Of a DNA stretch of 64,000 nt, positions 23,961-37,423 are shown one piece after another. Source of the stretch: Lama glama. Its lineage: Eukaryota. The notes below the pieces were generated by a model. It had not been told where the DNA came from. It made no database searches and was given only the letters and a program-made list of their open reading frames with translations. Position 1 is the first letter of the stretch; every line of letters starts with the position of its first letter. The stretch spans positions 15,688,001-15,752,000 of the forward strand of contig CM052818.1 in the NCBI GenBank assembly GCA_028534125.1, written 5' to 3'. Both the position numbers and the translations under genes were made by a program.

Positions 23961-26519
23961 TGTTGACTTCAGAAGCATGTGAAAATGTTACCCCTATTGC
24001 CAGAATAATTGCATTCACTGTTACCAATAGACATCATACTCATATTCCCATCACACATACATATAGATCAGCTGTCTTAACCCAAGCTGTTTTAAATTCT
24101 CCTTTTCTCTCAGATCCTAAGAAAGAGCACACATATTTTATTATATACTGAATCCTCATCCATAATGCAACCTGACCCAAAGCACCAACCAATAAATGCA
24201 AATGACCATACTATCTATCCAAACAGCTTTGAAAAATCCCAGAGAATTTGCTCCATGTGGTTTCCCAGATCCCCAGATCTCATTTCATTGTAGGGTAGGA
24301 ACATGCCTCTTAGAGAGGTTCTAGTCTATAAAGAGTTCTAGTCTTTAAATTCCAAGATCCCATGAGTATTTGCTTCTCAGTTAGCATCCTGAAATATTAA
24401 GGTACTGACAGTCGCAAATCTTTATTGTGGATGAAGTTTGTGTCTTAAATCCAAGTACACAGTCTTCTGTATGTAAAGCTTTAAATAATCTATCCTTGTG
24501 GCTCACTCTGCCTGTAGAAGTGACACTGTAAGTGCTGTGCATGGACCACAAGAAGAAGAGACACTGCAGAACACACATTCGTTTTCTGGAGACCAAAGAA
24601 ACCCTAAAAGGATTAGCAAAGCTTGGATGCCCATATTTAAACTACTCAGCTACCTCATGACTTAAAGCTGAAACCACTGCCTTCCAGGGGTCCCTGGAAG
24701 GGACCTCTACATTCCTCAGAAACCCCCTTTTTCCTGGGGCTGAGATAAAGAAACCCACTTCAATGACATCCTTATTGCTTTAAGTAGATCCACAGATTCC
24801 ATTAGGGAAACAAACTGCAAAGAGAAACACATGTGTTTTTTGACTTTTATCTACCTCACATCAATTTCTGATTCCTAGAAATTTTATTTGAAGAAACATG
24901 TTTCCTCCACAACCAGCTGAAGCTGAAAAAGCTTACAACTTTCTTTAAAAGGTCTTTTTTTTCCAGTTTAAAATGTTGTGTAGTCCTGCACTCCAAAAAG
25001 AAACAAACTTGCATTCAATAGCGTGTAAAGAAAATCCCAACTTTTCTTTAAAGCTTTAGTCCATCTATTTCAATTTGGGTATAAATGGTACAGAAATAGT
25101 TTTTTGAGCTATTCCCAGCTAATACATTATTTCTTTTGGTAGCACTGAATCCCTGGGGGAAACTCCACCTCTTCCCATACAAACAGGATAACTGAATTTC
25201 TTTTAACAGCCCAGGCATTCAAGTCATGCACAGTTGAGTCAATACTGTAATACTATCCTCTTCCCCAATAAAACTTGGACAGTTTTCCTATTTTCTTCTT
25301 CAGGTAGAAAACAGAACATTTGAAAACTAGTTATACGAAATTTCCCCATTAACTTAAGTGATCCCCCAGGTTAAGCAAGAACAAGGAAATTCACATTAAC
25401 CATTTTTATGCCCCAATGTAATCTTGAATGTAAAACTTTGTTAAAATAAAAATCCAAGTAATTCTTGAAGACGAAGTTACTATAGAGTGATCTTTAACAT
25501 GTGAAGGAAAAGTTGATGGATATTCTTGCTAGTTAGCCAGCAAAAAAATCTTGACATGAATATATGTGGTGGGAAGACTGCTGTTACAGACTAGTGGTCT
25601 GTTTGTCAGCACCCAGTGCCTTCCTTCCCACTGCCTTCCTGAGCCACCCTCCATCCTTGGTCCATTTGTCTGTATAAAGCTGATCATAATTTATAGGCGT
25701 GTCTTCATCCCTATACTTCATTTGAACACCTTGACAAATACAATGAAAACCATGCATGTGAATTCATTTTCCTTGCCATGTATGGCACTTGGTCTTCATT
25801 TATGAACCCATTTGCTATGAAGGAGAAATGCTGTGAGTGGCTCCGTAAGTGAAACCAAGTACAACTTTCCAGAGTAGGTGTTCTCAGGTCGCTCTATATC
25901 TGTGTAGCACTGGTAACTCTACCTACTCAGATGTATTTATAGTTAACGTTTTCCTTAGCTTTCCTGTATTTTCAACAAAATGTCACAAGTTTCTCAAAAA
26001 GCAATTAAAAACACAATTTATTCACTGATACCTGTCAGTGTTCATTTCATTATCACATGTACCAGACATATTTATGAAGATGACAATTATTTATCTCAGC
26101 AAACCTGTTTCTTTCAAGGAGCAATCAAGAATAGGAATAAGGTCACTGCATATTCTAATATTCAGTGACAGCTAACACATCTGAGTATGCAGCGCTTAGG
26201 CACTAGGGATGGAATTTAATATTGGTACAAGCATCCCATTTCTCAAGTTTGACATCTTGTTTGAACTTTGAAAGACTTTGCTACTAATGAATTCCCTACA
26301 TAAGTAATTATAACATTCGGGATATGTTTGTTAGATGCTAAATTCAAAATATATTGGCACCCAATTGTTTCTTTCTCTTTAAATATGCTCAAGGGAGAAG
26401 CTGATCGCCAGTTGATCAAGAGTGATAACTATATACTAGGTAACTGAAGGGTATACGAGACATCTAGCAGTGTGCAGAGGTATGCAGCCTGTCTTCTGCA
26501 CGTAGGATGCCCAAAAAGG

Positions 26520-26830
26520 ACAGGCGAGGGCTGATTGATTTTTAACTGCAAAGTAATGATTTCCTAAGCCTCTCAGTCATTTATCTAACTCTTCTGGCTT
26601 GGTGTTTATCATCTCACTAGAAGCAGAAGACCTGATTGAATGTGCATTTCTGGAAGCTCCAGAGATTATTAAAGTCCAACTGTCAGCCCATAAATCATTC
26701 TCAGTTTTTGTATTACGTGACTCTGAGGCATCCATGCTACTAATTCGTATTTCCTTCCAAGGTGTTTATGATCGCTAAAGTGCAATTCTTAATCCCCCTG
26801 TGACTTAGCCATTTATAGGCTGAGTAATGT
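26520..26830. promoter_or_regulatory. Candidate HOX/PBX/MEIS enhancer
   Basis: Minus-strand TGATTTATGGGCTGACAG (26680-26697), TGATTGAT (26532-26539) and further TTTAT sites in apparently repeat-free sequence; motif-only evidence. Confidence 0.35.
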
Positions 26831-27639
26831 CACCATCCAGGCTGGAGAAGAAATTTAACTTTTGTTGGAAGACTAGTCAAATTATGGTTGACTGAATCAT
26901 TTGCCATCTGATCACCTACTAACTTACAATATTAGCTATATACCTGTAACCTGTATGACAGTCCCCCTTATCTTTTCTTTATTCAATTATTTCCAAGGTT
27001 TTCACTTTTTAGATTTTTTCCCTAAAATATTCACCAATATGGTATCATCCTATTCATGATAAGTGAGACTAAATTTAAGAAATATTTATTTTGGCACTAC
27101 TGTATTCCAGAAACTATGCTAGGGGAAAAAAATCAGAAAAAAGCAATCAACTGGAACACACACAGATACACCAACCACAGGCTATTACGCAAAGTGGTGA
27201 GTGCTGTAATAGGTACAGAGGGAAGTGGAACCATGGAAGTCTCCCTAGAGGTAGTTAACCTTAAGTTGGAAGATGAGAATTCCTCTTGGGGTACAAAAGA
27301 TCTAAGAGCATTTTAAAAAGAACTTAAACCAAATACAGAGAAGAGCAAGATTTGTCTGGGGGAAGAGTGGCCAAAGCAGAGGGCTTTACAAGAAAGGAAA
27401 AATCAGAATAGAAGGTAGAAAGGGAATTCGGGACTAGTTAAAACCAATTATAGACTCTTCTGGGTATTGCTCTTTGGCATCATCCCAGCCCTATGCTTTC
27501 CCTCCCCAAAACCACAGTGGGGCATTATTAGTTCTCAGGGTGCCTGTTTAGACTGAGTTTCCTGTCTCTATACAAGTCACTTGTTTTTTCCCTTCTTTCC
27601 CTTAACCATATGTAATTTTTCACCCTATGAGCAGAGGGA

Positions 27640-28135
27640 TGTAAGATGCAAATCTGATCATGGCACTCAGTGCCTCAGTAGCTCCCACCTGTTCTAGCCC
27701 ACGTGTTCTAACAGGTCACACCCCTCTACGAGCTAGCCCTTGTCCTCTGTCCAGTATCATCTTCAGGGTTACCTCCAGCTAGCAAACCTTGAATGCTGTA
27801 TGCTCTCATACCGCTGTGTTTAGCATATGCTGCATCTCTAATTTTGAGAAATTCTCCCCTCACCCTTGCTGGTACTTTCAGCTGGGTGGGGGATAATTCA
27901 CAGAACATTAGAAATGCACAGGGTCAGCCTCTTCCTCACTGCACTTACAGCACTCTGTATGTACTTCAATGAAAGCATTTATCACACTGATTGTAATTAT
28001 TTTTTTGTCCTTCTCTTTATCTTTTAGTTGTTTAAGGCTAAATCATTCATCCTGTTGTTCATCATCATCTCACTGAGAACAAGCAGCTGTTCCTGGTCTA
28101 TAGCGAATGATTACTGCGTGAACAAATGAGTGAGT
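27640..28135 (+). mobile_element. L2 LINE 3' remnant
   Basis: aaatctgatcatggcactc; agcatttatcacactgattgtaattatt; ends gtgaacaaatgagtgagtg. Confidence 0.65.
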
Positions 28136-29565
28136 GTTAATATTTAACTCAAAGAAGAGAGGATTTCAAAAAGGGGGGACTGAGTCAACAGTCATGTGAC
28201 ACAAAGGTCAAGTAGAATTAGGGTAGAAGTTATTAATGATCTTGTATATAATTCTCAAAAGATTATGGTAGATTGAGAAGTGAATTGGTAATGAAGTGGT
28301 CACAGGAGATCTTCTATACAATATTTGTAACTTGGCCATGTGTGTAAGACCCACAGGAAGAAATTAATAAAAAGAAAAAGAGTAAAAATACAACATAGAT
28401 AGGCTAATTGATGGGAAATGATTGCAATGGAGAGAAGGAATATCATCAAACCACATTTGGAGAGATCTGTCCTGTGGAGCAGGGAGAGTTCTTTTTAGAC
28501 AAGTGGGAATGTGGTACACTGCAAAGACACAGATGGGTTCAGGAGTAGAAGAAACGGGATTTAAGCATTTATGCCTGAAGTCTTTACTGTTTGTTCTATT
28601 GCCTGGAGCATAATAATAAGTTCAATAATTATTTGCTACATGATTGTTAACCACATTTTGAGAGACAGAGGCTGACTATTGGCATATGAGAACCTGAGAT
28701 AAATCATAAAGACTCGGAGAATCTAGAGTAGTACGTCCAAGTGGCAGATTGGGTAGGATAAAGTTTAGCTATCCACGATGTTTACCAGGTACCCCTATAA
28801 AGTTCAAGTAATAACAGTAATAATAACAGATACTGACTGGGAGCTGTCTTTTAATCTTAGTGTATGACTGAAAACATACAGAATGCTATTATACAAACAC
28901 AAATTCAAGACAAGTCTCCTAGTGTCTCTTTCCAGATTATTAACCTTACATTCTTCCTATATAGAAATGCTGGCACTTCCTCTGAATATCTATCATGGGA
29001 CCAAGTGAGAAAATAGACGACAGTGAAGAAAAATATCTTTAAGCAGCACAAGGACCCAGTTGAAGGCTGACATCTTACATATGCATTGTCAATTGGCAAC
29101 ACTTTAAGATTGTCTTGTTTGGTTCCTGGTAGGGCAAATGCCAAGGATCTGAAGGATGTGAGCATGCTGGTCAGAGAGGCTATGGGAGTCCATGACGAGA
29201 AGACAAGAGCCAGAGAGGCATACAGCAGGGTGGGCAGAGGAGGGGATACAGTTAAGCAAAATTTATTTCACTTAAACCAGAAATTTAAGGCTTGGAGTTT
29301 CTTTTGCCAGAATGTCAACAGGCAAGCTAGATGATATTTAGGCATAGAATAGGTGGAGTCTAGTATGCTGTTTGCGACCAGCATTTGTTTGGGCCTATCT
29401 CCACCCTCTTTCAGTCAGCTGGTTGCTCTTACCTCCTGTTGCTTCTCAGACCTCTTATCATGATTGTAAGTCCAGACAGACATCTGAAGTTAGTTTAGAA
29501 AAGCCTGTGGATACTTTCTCAGTATCCCTTCCTTTTGGTTAGATTTGTCCTAACTCACGCATTGC

Positions 29566-30420
29566 ATCACTCATTCATTCAGGAAGTATTTACAGAGTGC
29601 TGACTCTATGCCAGACACTGTCCCATGTGCTGGGTTATAACAGTTAAATGAAGAGGCAAGATCCCTACTCTAAAGAGATTCTAAGCGACTACACATACAC
29701 ATAAAAATAAAAGATAATTTTTATAAATTAGTAAACTAAAATGAACCAAAAGAATAATATAGGGATGGTTAAGGGGCCCTGTAGATTGTCAGGAGATATC
29801 ACTCAGGCTCAAATGTGAGCTGAGAACTGATGGATACCAAAGAGCCATCCACGTGACAACATGAATGTAGAACAATCAAGGCAGAGGTAACGGACAGGAA
29901 TGAGCTTGCAATGTGGCTGGGGCACAGGAAAGAGCTTGCAAGAAAGGTAATGTGCTTGGGTCACAGTGAGTGAAAGAGAAAGGAGTACTAGGTAAGAACA
30001 AATGAGAAGACATAAAACAATTTTCTTTTTGGAAAGGCTGTGCACGCTATGGTAAATAGTCTGAATTTATTCCCACCTAAAATGGGAAGTCACTAAACGG
30101 TTTCAGCAGAGATGTGACATGATTTGATTCGTATTTCAAACAGCACTTTCACTTCAAGAAAGGATTTAGCGAAGAAACAGGGAAGTTATTTTTAGGAAGC
30201 TACTGCAGTAGTCTGAGAGAGATGATGGTGACATTTTCTAAGATGGTGGAAGCAGAAAGAAGTCGATAAACTCAAGATGTTTTTAGAGGAAGAATTTACA
30301 GGACCTTGTCATTGGTTGGATGTGTATATGAAAGAAAATGAGACGTCAAGAATCAGTTCTAGGTTCTTAGTTTGACTGAATAGATAGGGGTGCCTCTTAT
30401 CAACGTGGAAGAAGCCTTCT
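29566..30420 (-). mobile_element. L2 LINE (L2a-like)
   Basis: tcattcattcaggaagtattta...ctatgccagacactgt; aggaagctactgcagtagtctgagagagatgatggtg. Confidence 0.8.
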
Positions 30421-33400
30421 CCAGTTCTGCCGGGGTAGAAGTTGAGCTTCGAAGAAGAGATAGTGCCCAACCATTCTAAAGATGCAAACATCTACCTGAG
30501 ATTCAGAGTATACAAATCATGACTGTAAACTGAAGCCCTTGTTGAAGCTCTTCCTCTTGTGCTTCTTAAATCTTGAGCTTGACCTAACTTCTAGTGACCT
30601 CAGTTGGAAATGTTGCAGTCATGGGACTTCTCCATTTCTTTCACTACCAATTCCAGTCTGTCACACCCAGTTGTGTAGATTATACTTCTAAGATGTCTCT
30701 TCAATATGTATCCTCTGCTATATTGATACTGACATTGTCCAGATCTGCTCAGAATCTTCAAGGGGCCATTATTTACTATCCTTGAGTCTCTACTCTGCCT
30801 CCAGGATTCCTCTTCTCTGCCCATTCACTTCAAGCTGCTGCCAAACTTGTCTTTATAAATCAAGGATTGGATGTATTTATATACTTATGTGGAATAGAAA
30901 TCAGATGAAAAATGTGATGACTCCCAACTTGTGAGTTAAGACTAAATTCCTGAGCATATGACATAATAGCCTTTTCCAAGGGCACATGATTAGAACAATA
31001 CCAATATCTGATAAAAGATTTAACTGACCTGAGAGACTGAAAAAGTAGAACTTCTATATCTATGTGTATATCTTTTTCAGTTTAATGATATATTTGTCAA
31101 ATGTCCTTTCTTGAAAAGGACTATAGACTATTCTGATACTGTGTTCTTTGGATTTGTTCCAAAGATTTCCAGTCACTGGTCAGAAGGTAGCTCTTATCAA
31201 TATGTGTCAGGTCCAGGGCAGTTGTAAGGATCTGGGACACCAGTGGGGATGGGTCATCTGAGACAATGCCAATAGTTTCTCCTACAGCCACACATGATAC
31301 GAGGGAAAATGACCCCTATCAGTAGAGAATTCTTCATCCAGAGAATGTACATTATGCTGGAGAGGATTCTTTCTGAGAAACTGAAAGACATTATAGGACT
31401 CTAGACTATTCTGTGTCTGCTTCAGAGATCTAATACCATCTGATGTTTAATAAAATTCTCTTTTGCCAAAGCACATAAGTTTACCTATTCAGGGGATGTT
31501 TGGGTATTCTGGTGAGTATTAAAGAAGAGTGTATTAATTACTATAAAAAAACTAGTGTATTATATTTCACAGGTAACTAAGTGGCATCTTTTAATGTATT
31601 CAATTATATTACTGCATTTCCATATGAGTTGTTTTTTTAATATATGCAAGTCCTGATTTTCCAGATAGTTTGTAAATCTGCTTTTAAGGCATGGATATTA
31701 TCAAATATTTATCTATTTTCCATAAACATCAGGAGAAAATTAGGGTTATTTTTCAACATTTGTTGAGTTTAAACCAATTGCTTCCAGGATCAAATAACTT
31801 AAAGTAGGATCAGCTAAAGTCTTATCTGGAATTAGAAAAGAGAAAGCACCAGAAGGAGATGGAGGTGGATGGAAGGAGGATCTGAGTTATAGGAAGGGTT
31901 CCAGGAAGAAGAAGGTGAAAGAAAACATATCAGAGATAAGTTTGTCTTCCTGGACAAAGCAGTAGGGGCTGAGCTTTGGGAACAGATATATGCCTGGTCT
32001 TTCTGAGATGACAAGTAACTAAGCCAGGTTTATGAATAATAAACCCATAAGAAATTACAGAAATAGCCTGAATTTAAAGCAAAATTAACTTTGAGTCCTC
32101 ATGAATCTGTTTCCAAGTTAACCTGAAAAAATTATCCTTAATTTAAAATTTCACAGTCACATCCCTCATTAAGTGCACATTAGAGGTGCACTGGGTAACA
32201 ACTATTTTTTTTTTAGCATTACATACAATTTAGACCAGATTCAGGTAATGCAGAGTAAATTCTTTCCCTTGAATCTGACCTTAACCACAAAGTCTAAGTA
32301 TCTAACCAGGGCAGTTAGCAGGGCAGAGAGAACCCATTAGCTAAAGCAGGTTTTTTCAAAATGCCAGTTCACTCATCATTTATTGGCTAAAAAGCAATCT
32401 GACCTTGGGTATGAAGTCATTTTCTAAAAATCACCTTGTAATCCAGTAAATCTACTAGAAACTTAGTGGAAATTGAGATTATGAGCCCCAAAAACATGTT
32501 TCCTAGACACAGCCTGACATGATAGTGCAGAAAGCTTTTCTTATGTTATATTCTGATGCTAGTGACCACTGCAGAGGTGTGTGTGCATTCAGAACATGCA
32601 GTCACAGAAGCAACGGGATCTAAAAGCTTGTTGCGTGTTAAATGGCTCACAGTGTTTGCAGATAACAGGAAGCTTCACTTGCACAAAGTACTAGAATTAA
32701 TGTGTCAAGGTTGGTGACAAGCTCTTAAGCTGATACATACATCAAGGAACTGAGCTCCTCGTAACCAACCTGTCATACTGATTACATTCTGGGAAAATGC
32801 CCCACATACAAATGTGACTTTGTTTATTAAACCTAACATATTAAATGAAGTCTGCTGCTCAAAATTACTCCCATTTTTATGTAGGAGAATGTATTCCCAT
32901 AAACTTTATAATGGAGAATAATTTAAACAACATTAACCATAAAGAAATTGGAGAAAATAGTGTTATCATTTGCATTAAAATGTCATGAGATCAGAGAGGC
33001 TCAGAACAGATGATTTGATGGAGTCTTACTTTCTTACAAGTCCATTATTTGAAGTAGGGTAAACACTGCCTTAAAATATTCTCTCATTAACAGAACAACT
33101 CCATCTTAAGAGCTCTTAATGTAGATATTCTGCAATTGTTCATTTGGGATAATGACAAAGAACATGGATGGAAAAGAGAATCATGTGATCCTACGGCAGA
33201 AGAAATTCCCAGATGCTTGCTCTCCATGGAGCTCGTTATTAAAGCCAATGTGACAGTGTGATCTTGCCAAACTTTAGTGAATGGTGCATTTCTACACAAG
33301 GGCCATGTCAAAGACCCTGTGACAGTGTGAGCCCACATCAGCAGGAGGTCCAGTGTCCAGTGACTCTTCCAAAGGGAGGGAGACTGACTCATGAAAGCTA

Positions 33401-33639
33401 AGTGAGCTATTCATAGTCTGGTGTAAGGATTAAATATTGTGGCAGCGTCTGGATGTGGGAGGTGCAGAGAAGTGCATCTGGATGTGGTCAAACCTTGAAT
33501 CAGGCAAGTCCAAAGGGGTGGGAAATGTGCAGTGGAGAAGGCATCTGGGACCAGGGAGATATGATGACTAACTACTTACTCTCTTCAGCCACTTGAGCAG
33601 AGTGACTTTATTCTAAGTATCATAATTGTAGGAAGTCAA

Positions 33640-33850
33640 TACAGCGCATGGCTGTAAGAGCAGAGGTTTTTAATATCTGAAGAACATTTAGCTCCCTCAT
33701 GTATTCACTTTATGACCTTGGGCATGTTACTTTACCTCTCTAAGCTTCAATCTCTCCATCTGTAAGTGGAATAATGTGTGTTGGGGTGGCAGTGAAGGAG
33801 CTATACAAGCACTTAATCTAAGTGGCACAATGCTGTGAACTTTTATTATT
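33640..33850 (+). mobile_element. MIR SINE
   Basis: tgaccttgggcatgttactttacctctctaagcttcaatctctccatctgtaa. Confidence 0.8.
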
Positions 33851-34009
33851 ATAGCCTTTGTGCTCCTTACCTCACCCTAAATCAGGGTGAATTAAGATGG
33901 ATCCCAAGCCTGGAATGTCCCCTGTCTCTGTGGCCTTAATAGCCTCCAGCTGTGTTTAGGGCATGTTGCGTGGCCCAAGCAACCATTAGCTGGAAGGTCT
34001 TTCCAGGTA

Positions 34010-34182
34010 CACTGGGTCTCCATATGGCCTGCACTTGCAGACACCTTGAGAGCTTTTGAAAAACTGATTCTGTGGTCTCAGTGTCAGAGATTCTGAAATG
34101 AATGATGTCGGCAGTGACCTAGGTATCAGAATTTTAAAAATCTCCCCAGCCAGGTGATTCTAATGTGCTGGGAAAACTGCTG
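34010..34182. mobile_element. MER5-type hAT MITE
   Basis: cagagattctga...ttttaaaaatctccccag...ggtgattctaatgtgc. Confidence 0.65.
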
Positions 34183-36128
34183 TCACCATCTTGGAGAAAG
34201 GCCAAGTGAGTGGAAGGACGTTTGAGAGACTTAAGATTCCTCTGCAAGAGACTGGAGCAGACAGCAAGTATTCAAACCATCCCTAACAGGGAGATGAATT
34301 TAGAACTGATGGTCAATTTCATAGAAAAAGAATAAATCAAGACATCAGCATATTATGAATTGGAAAGTTTACATTTCTTCAACATCCAGGTAGGGCGATT
34401 ACTTATGAGGGAAGTAAAATCAGTTCTAAAAAGTTTAAAACCTGTGTTTAGTATGAATACCCAACAAGGTGTATATCAGGAGTGAGATGGATGGAGGTGG
34501 AGACAGGAATGGGGACAAAGAAAGAGATTAAGAGAGAGAGAGAGACCAAGAAGGTCACCAGAGTCTTGAAGACGGCCTTAGAAATATGTAATTCCTGGGT
34601 GCACTGAACATTTCAAGTTCTATGTTTGATAAGTTATACTCTAATCCTGAATACTCCTGTGATTTTAGAAGTAAATTTAACAGTGAAATAGAAAGAGGTC
34701 TGGAAGTATTTGATGCAGGAGAAAAAAAATAAAAGAAAACAAGAGATGTTCAGGAACAGCAGCAGTGGCAGCAGGAGCAAGAATGAAGGGGTATCAGCAG
34801 ACGGTACGATGAGAAAGCAATAAATAAAAGGGCTGAAGGTAGAGGGTCAAAAACAAAGGGAGAGAGAAAGTGAACATTTTAGAAGGAAGCAGGAGAAAAT
34901 ACAGAAGGCAAATTGGCTAAGTGGCAGTATGGGGAGGACATGAAATCACTCTTCCTGTCTTTGGAGGAGATTCTGACTCAGATGGGAAGTCTGCCTCCTC
35001 CCCTGGCTGAGTGGCCCTCGGTTCCCAACTCAAGCGTCTTCTCCTTTATCAGCAGGTGCCAAGGGACTTAGCAGCCCTTCTACATGTTTTTGTCTTTGAG
35101 TCTCTGACAAGAAGCACTGATACTGGAAATACGACAAGCAAGCAAAGGTGGATGGGTGAAAGCTTCCTTAAGACGAAGTAAGAAGGCTGAATTGGGGTCT
35201 CAGTTTTCAAAGAAGGAAGAAATCTAATCACTTCTTAATCTCTTTGGCAAACGGGACTTGTTCTCCCAGTAAACAGACTCTTCTGCAGATCTCACAGCTA
35301 TAAACCTTAAGTTGATAACAACAGCCTTGCCTCTGCAGTCCGTCTTACAGCCCCAAGGCCATGTGTGATTTGCATAATTAGCAGTTCTAATTTATCTTTT
35401 TTCTTCAAAAATCAGAGTTGTGATAAAAATAGAAATATTATAATATTCTCATTCTTCAAATGCTTTTAATTCTAGCTTGCAATTGTTCTTAGGTACTAGA
35501 AGAGTATAATAATTAGGATCTATTATCAAGATGATTGGAACACTGAAATCACTATAATGACCTCTGCCCATACAAATCATAGCAGCATGTTCTTACAAAT
35601 GACCATTCTATAGCCATTTCTGGAATCTAAACTCAAGGAAGCACAGTAATCCCATTTTGCTGAGACAGACTCTACCTCCAAGCATATTAAGTGGAATTGT
35701 CTTTTTCTAGCAATGAAGTTTCAAGTACCTTCCTTCAGTGTAGCAAGTGGAGGGTGACCACACTCCAGCAGGGTCACCAGATGGCAGGACCCAGCCCTGC
35801 CAGATGCTCCAGGACCCCTGGCACCTATTGAGGAAGGAGAGAAGGAACTTTGTACACGGTTTACCAGCTTCTCCACTAAATCGCCAACTTCTCAAAAACC
35901 ACAGCTCAGTCTCTCTCCCTGGGCAGCCAGCAATAAAAGAAAGCTTGGATAAGGAATGATTTTCCTTCACCCTTTTTTTTCCCCCAGAATCTGTACACAG
36001 TGAAATGAGAGTTTCTATATAAACTTTTTTTCTGACTTACTGGCTGCCCTGGTCACTTTGTTTCAATGTTTTCGCCACAGCTCTCGTCTTTGTAATCCAC
36101 GTAGAGATGACTTCTCTTTAGTGTATTT

Positions 36129-37066
36129 TTCTCCAGTTTTATTGGGATATAATTGATATATAACATCTTATAAGTTTAAGGCATACAACCTAATGATTTA
36201 ATACATGCATATGTTGCAAAATTACAATAAATTTTGTTAACATTCAGCACCTCACACAGACACAAATTATTCTTCCTTGTGATGAGAACTATCTCAGCAA
36301 CTTTCAAATATACAATACAGTACTGTTAACTATAATCACCGTGCTATATATTACATCTCAAGAGCTTATGTATTTTATAACTATTAGTTTATGTCCTTTG
36401 ACTACCCTCATTCAATTGTCCTACCTTTATCCTCAGCCTCCAGCAAACACAAATATAATCTCTGTTTCAATGTGTTTTCTTTTAATGACATATATAAATG
36501 ATGTCATACGGTATTTGTCTTTCACTGTCTGGCTTCACTTGGCAAATCAAATCAAATGTAAATGCAAAACCACAATGAGCTATCACGTTATACCTGTTAG
36601 AATGTTTATCATAAAAAAAACTACAGATAACTGCTAGCAAGGATGTGGAGAAAAACAACCCTCATGCACAGCTGGTGGGAGATTAAATTGGTGCAGCCAC
36701 TGTGGGAAACAGTATGGAGGTTCCTCAAAACATTAAAAATATAACTACCATATGATTCAGCAATTCTACTTCTGGGTGTACACACAAAGGAAATAAAATC
36801 AGTAACCCCCAAAGATATCTGTGTCTTATATTCATTGCAGTATTATTTACAATAGCCAAGACATGGAAACCACCCCAGTTTCCATCAATGGATGAATAAA
36901 GTACATGTATATACATATAAGAAAAGAAAAATACAGATATAGAGAGAGAGTGGAATACTATTCAGCCATAAAAGAGGGAAGTTCTGCCATTTGCTACAAT
37001 ATGGATGGAACTTGAGGGCATTGTGCTAAATGAAACAAGCCAGACAAAGAAAATACTGTATTATCC
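36129..37066 (-). mobile_element. Old LINE-1 (L1MA9/10-like) with 5' inversion
   Basis: 36129-36544 is an antisense 3' end; 36545-37066 is the adjacent upstream ORF2 segment in sense orientation; TSD ctttagTGtattt (36116-36128) / ctttagCAtattt (37067-37079). Confidence 0.85.
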
Positions 37067-37305
37067 CTTTAGCATATTTGGGAAAGCTGTGGGAAGGTGA
37101 GTGAGAAGACGGGTTAGGATTGATCTTCATGATCCCAGACCCCTACCACTGCTCTCTGCTCAGCCACAGATGACTTCTTCACTGCTGCTCACAGACTAGA
37201 ACTCACAGACTCAGAAAGTTTCAGTGCAGTGTTGTAACAATGGACAGAGTCCTCTGCAGGGCTGGCACCCCCAAACAGGGGGGTCCCCAAACAAACATCC
37301 TTTTT

Positions 37306-37423
37306 AGGATGACCAAACATGTCAGTCAATCTGGTTTTTGCCAGTTGCCTTGGCATATTTATCAATAGTACTTCCTTCCTGTAAAATTGACTCTGCTTGA
37401 AAATCAAAGTATACAGTCACCCT
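37306..37423. mobile_element. MER94-like hAT-Blackjack MITE
   Basis: TIRs aggatgac / gtcaccct; ~120 bp; internal ttatcaatagtacttcc. Confidence 0.65.

Noticed and set aside
24680..24701. 10-bp perfect inverted repeat CCTTCCAGGG-gt-CCCTGGAAGG
   Set aside because: An isolated 10-bp stem is roughly expected by chance in 64 kb; no supporting context.
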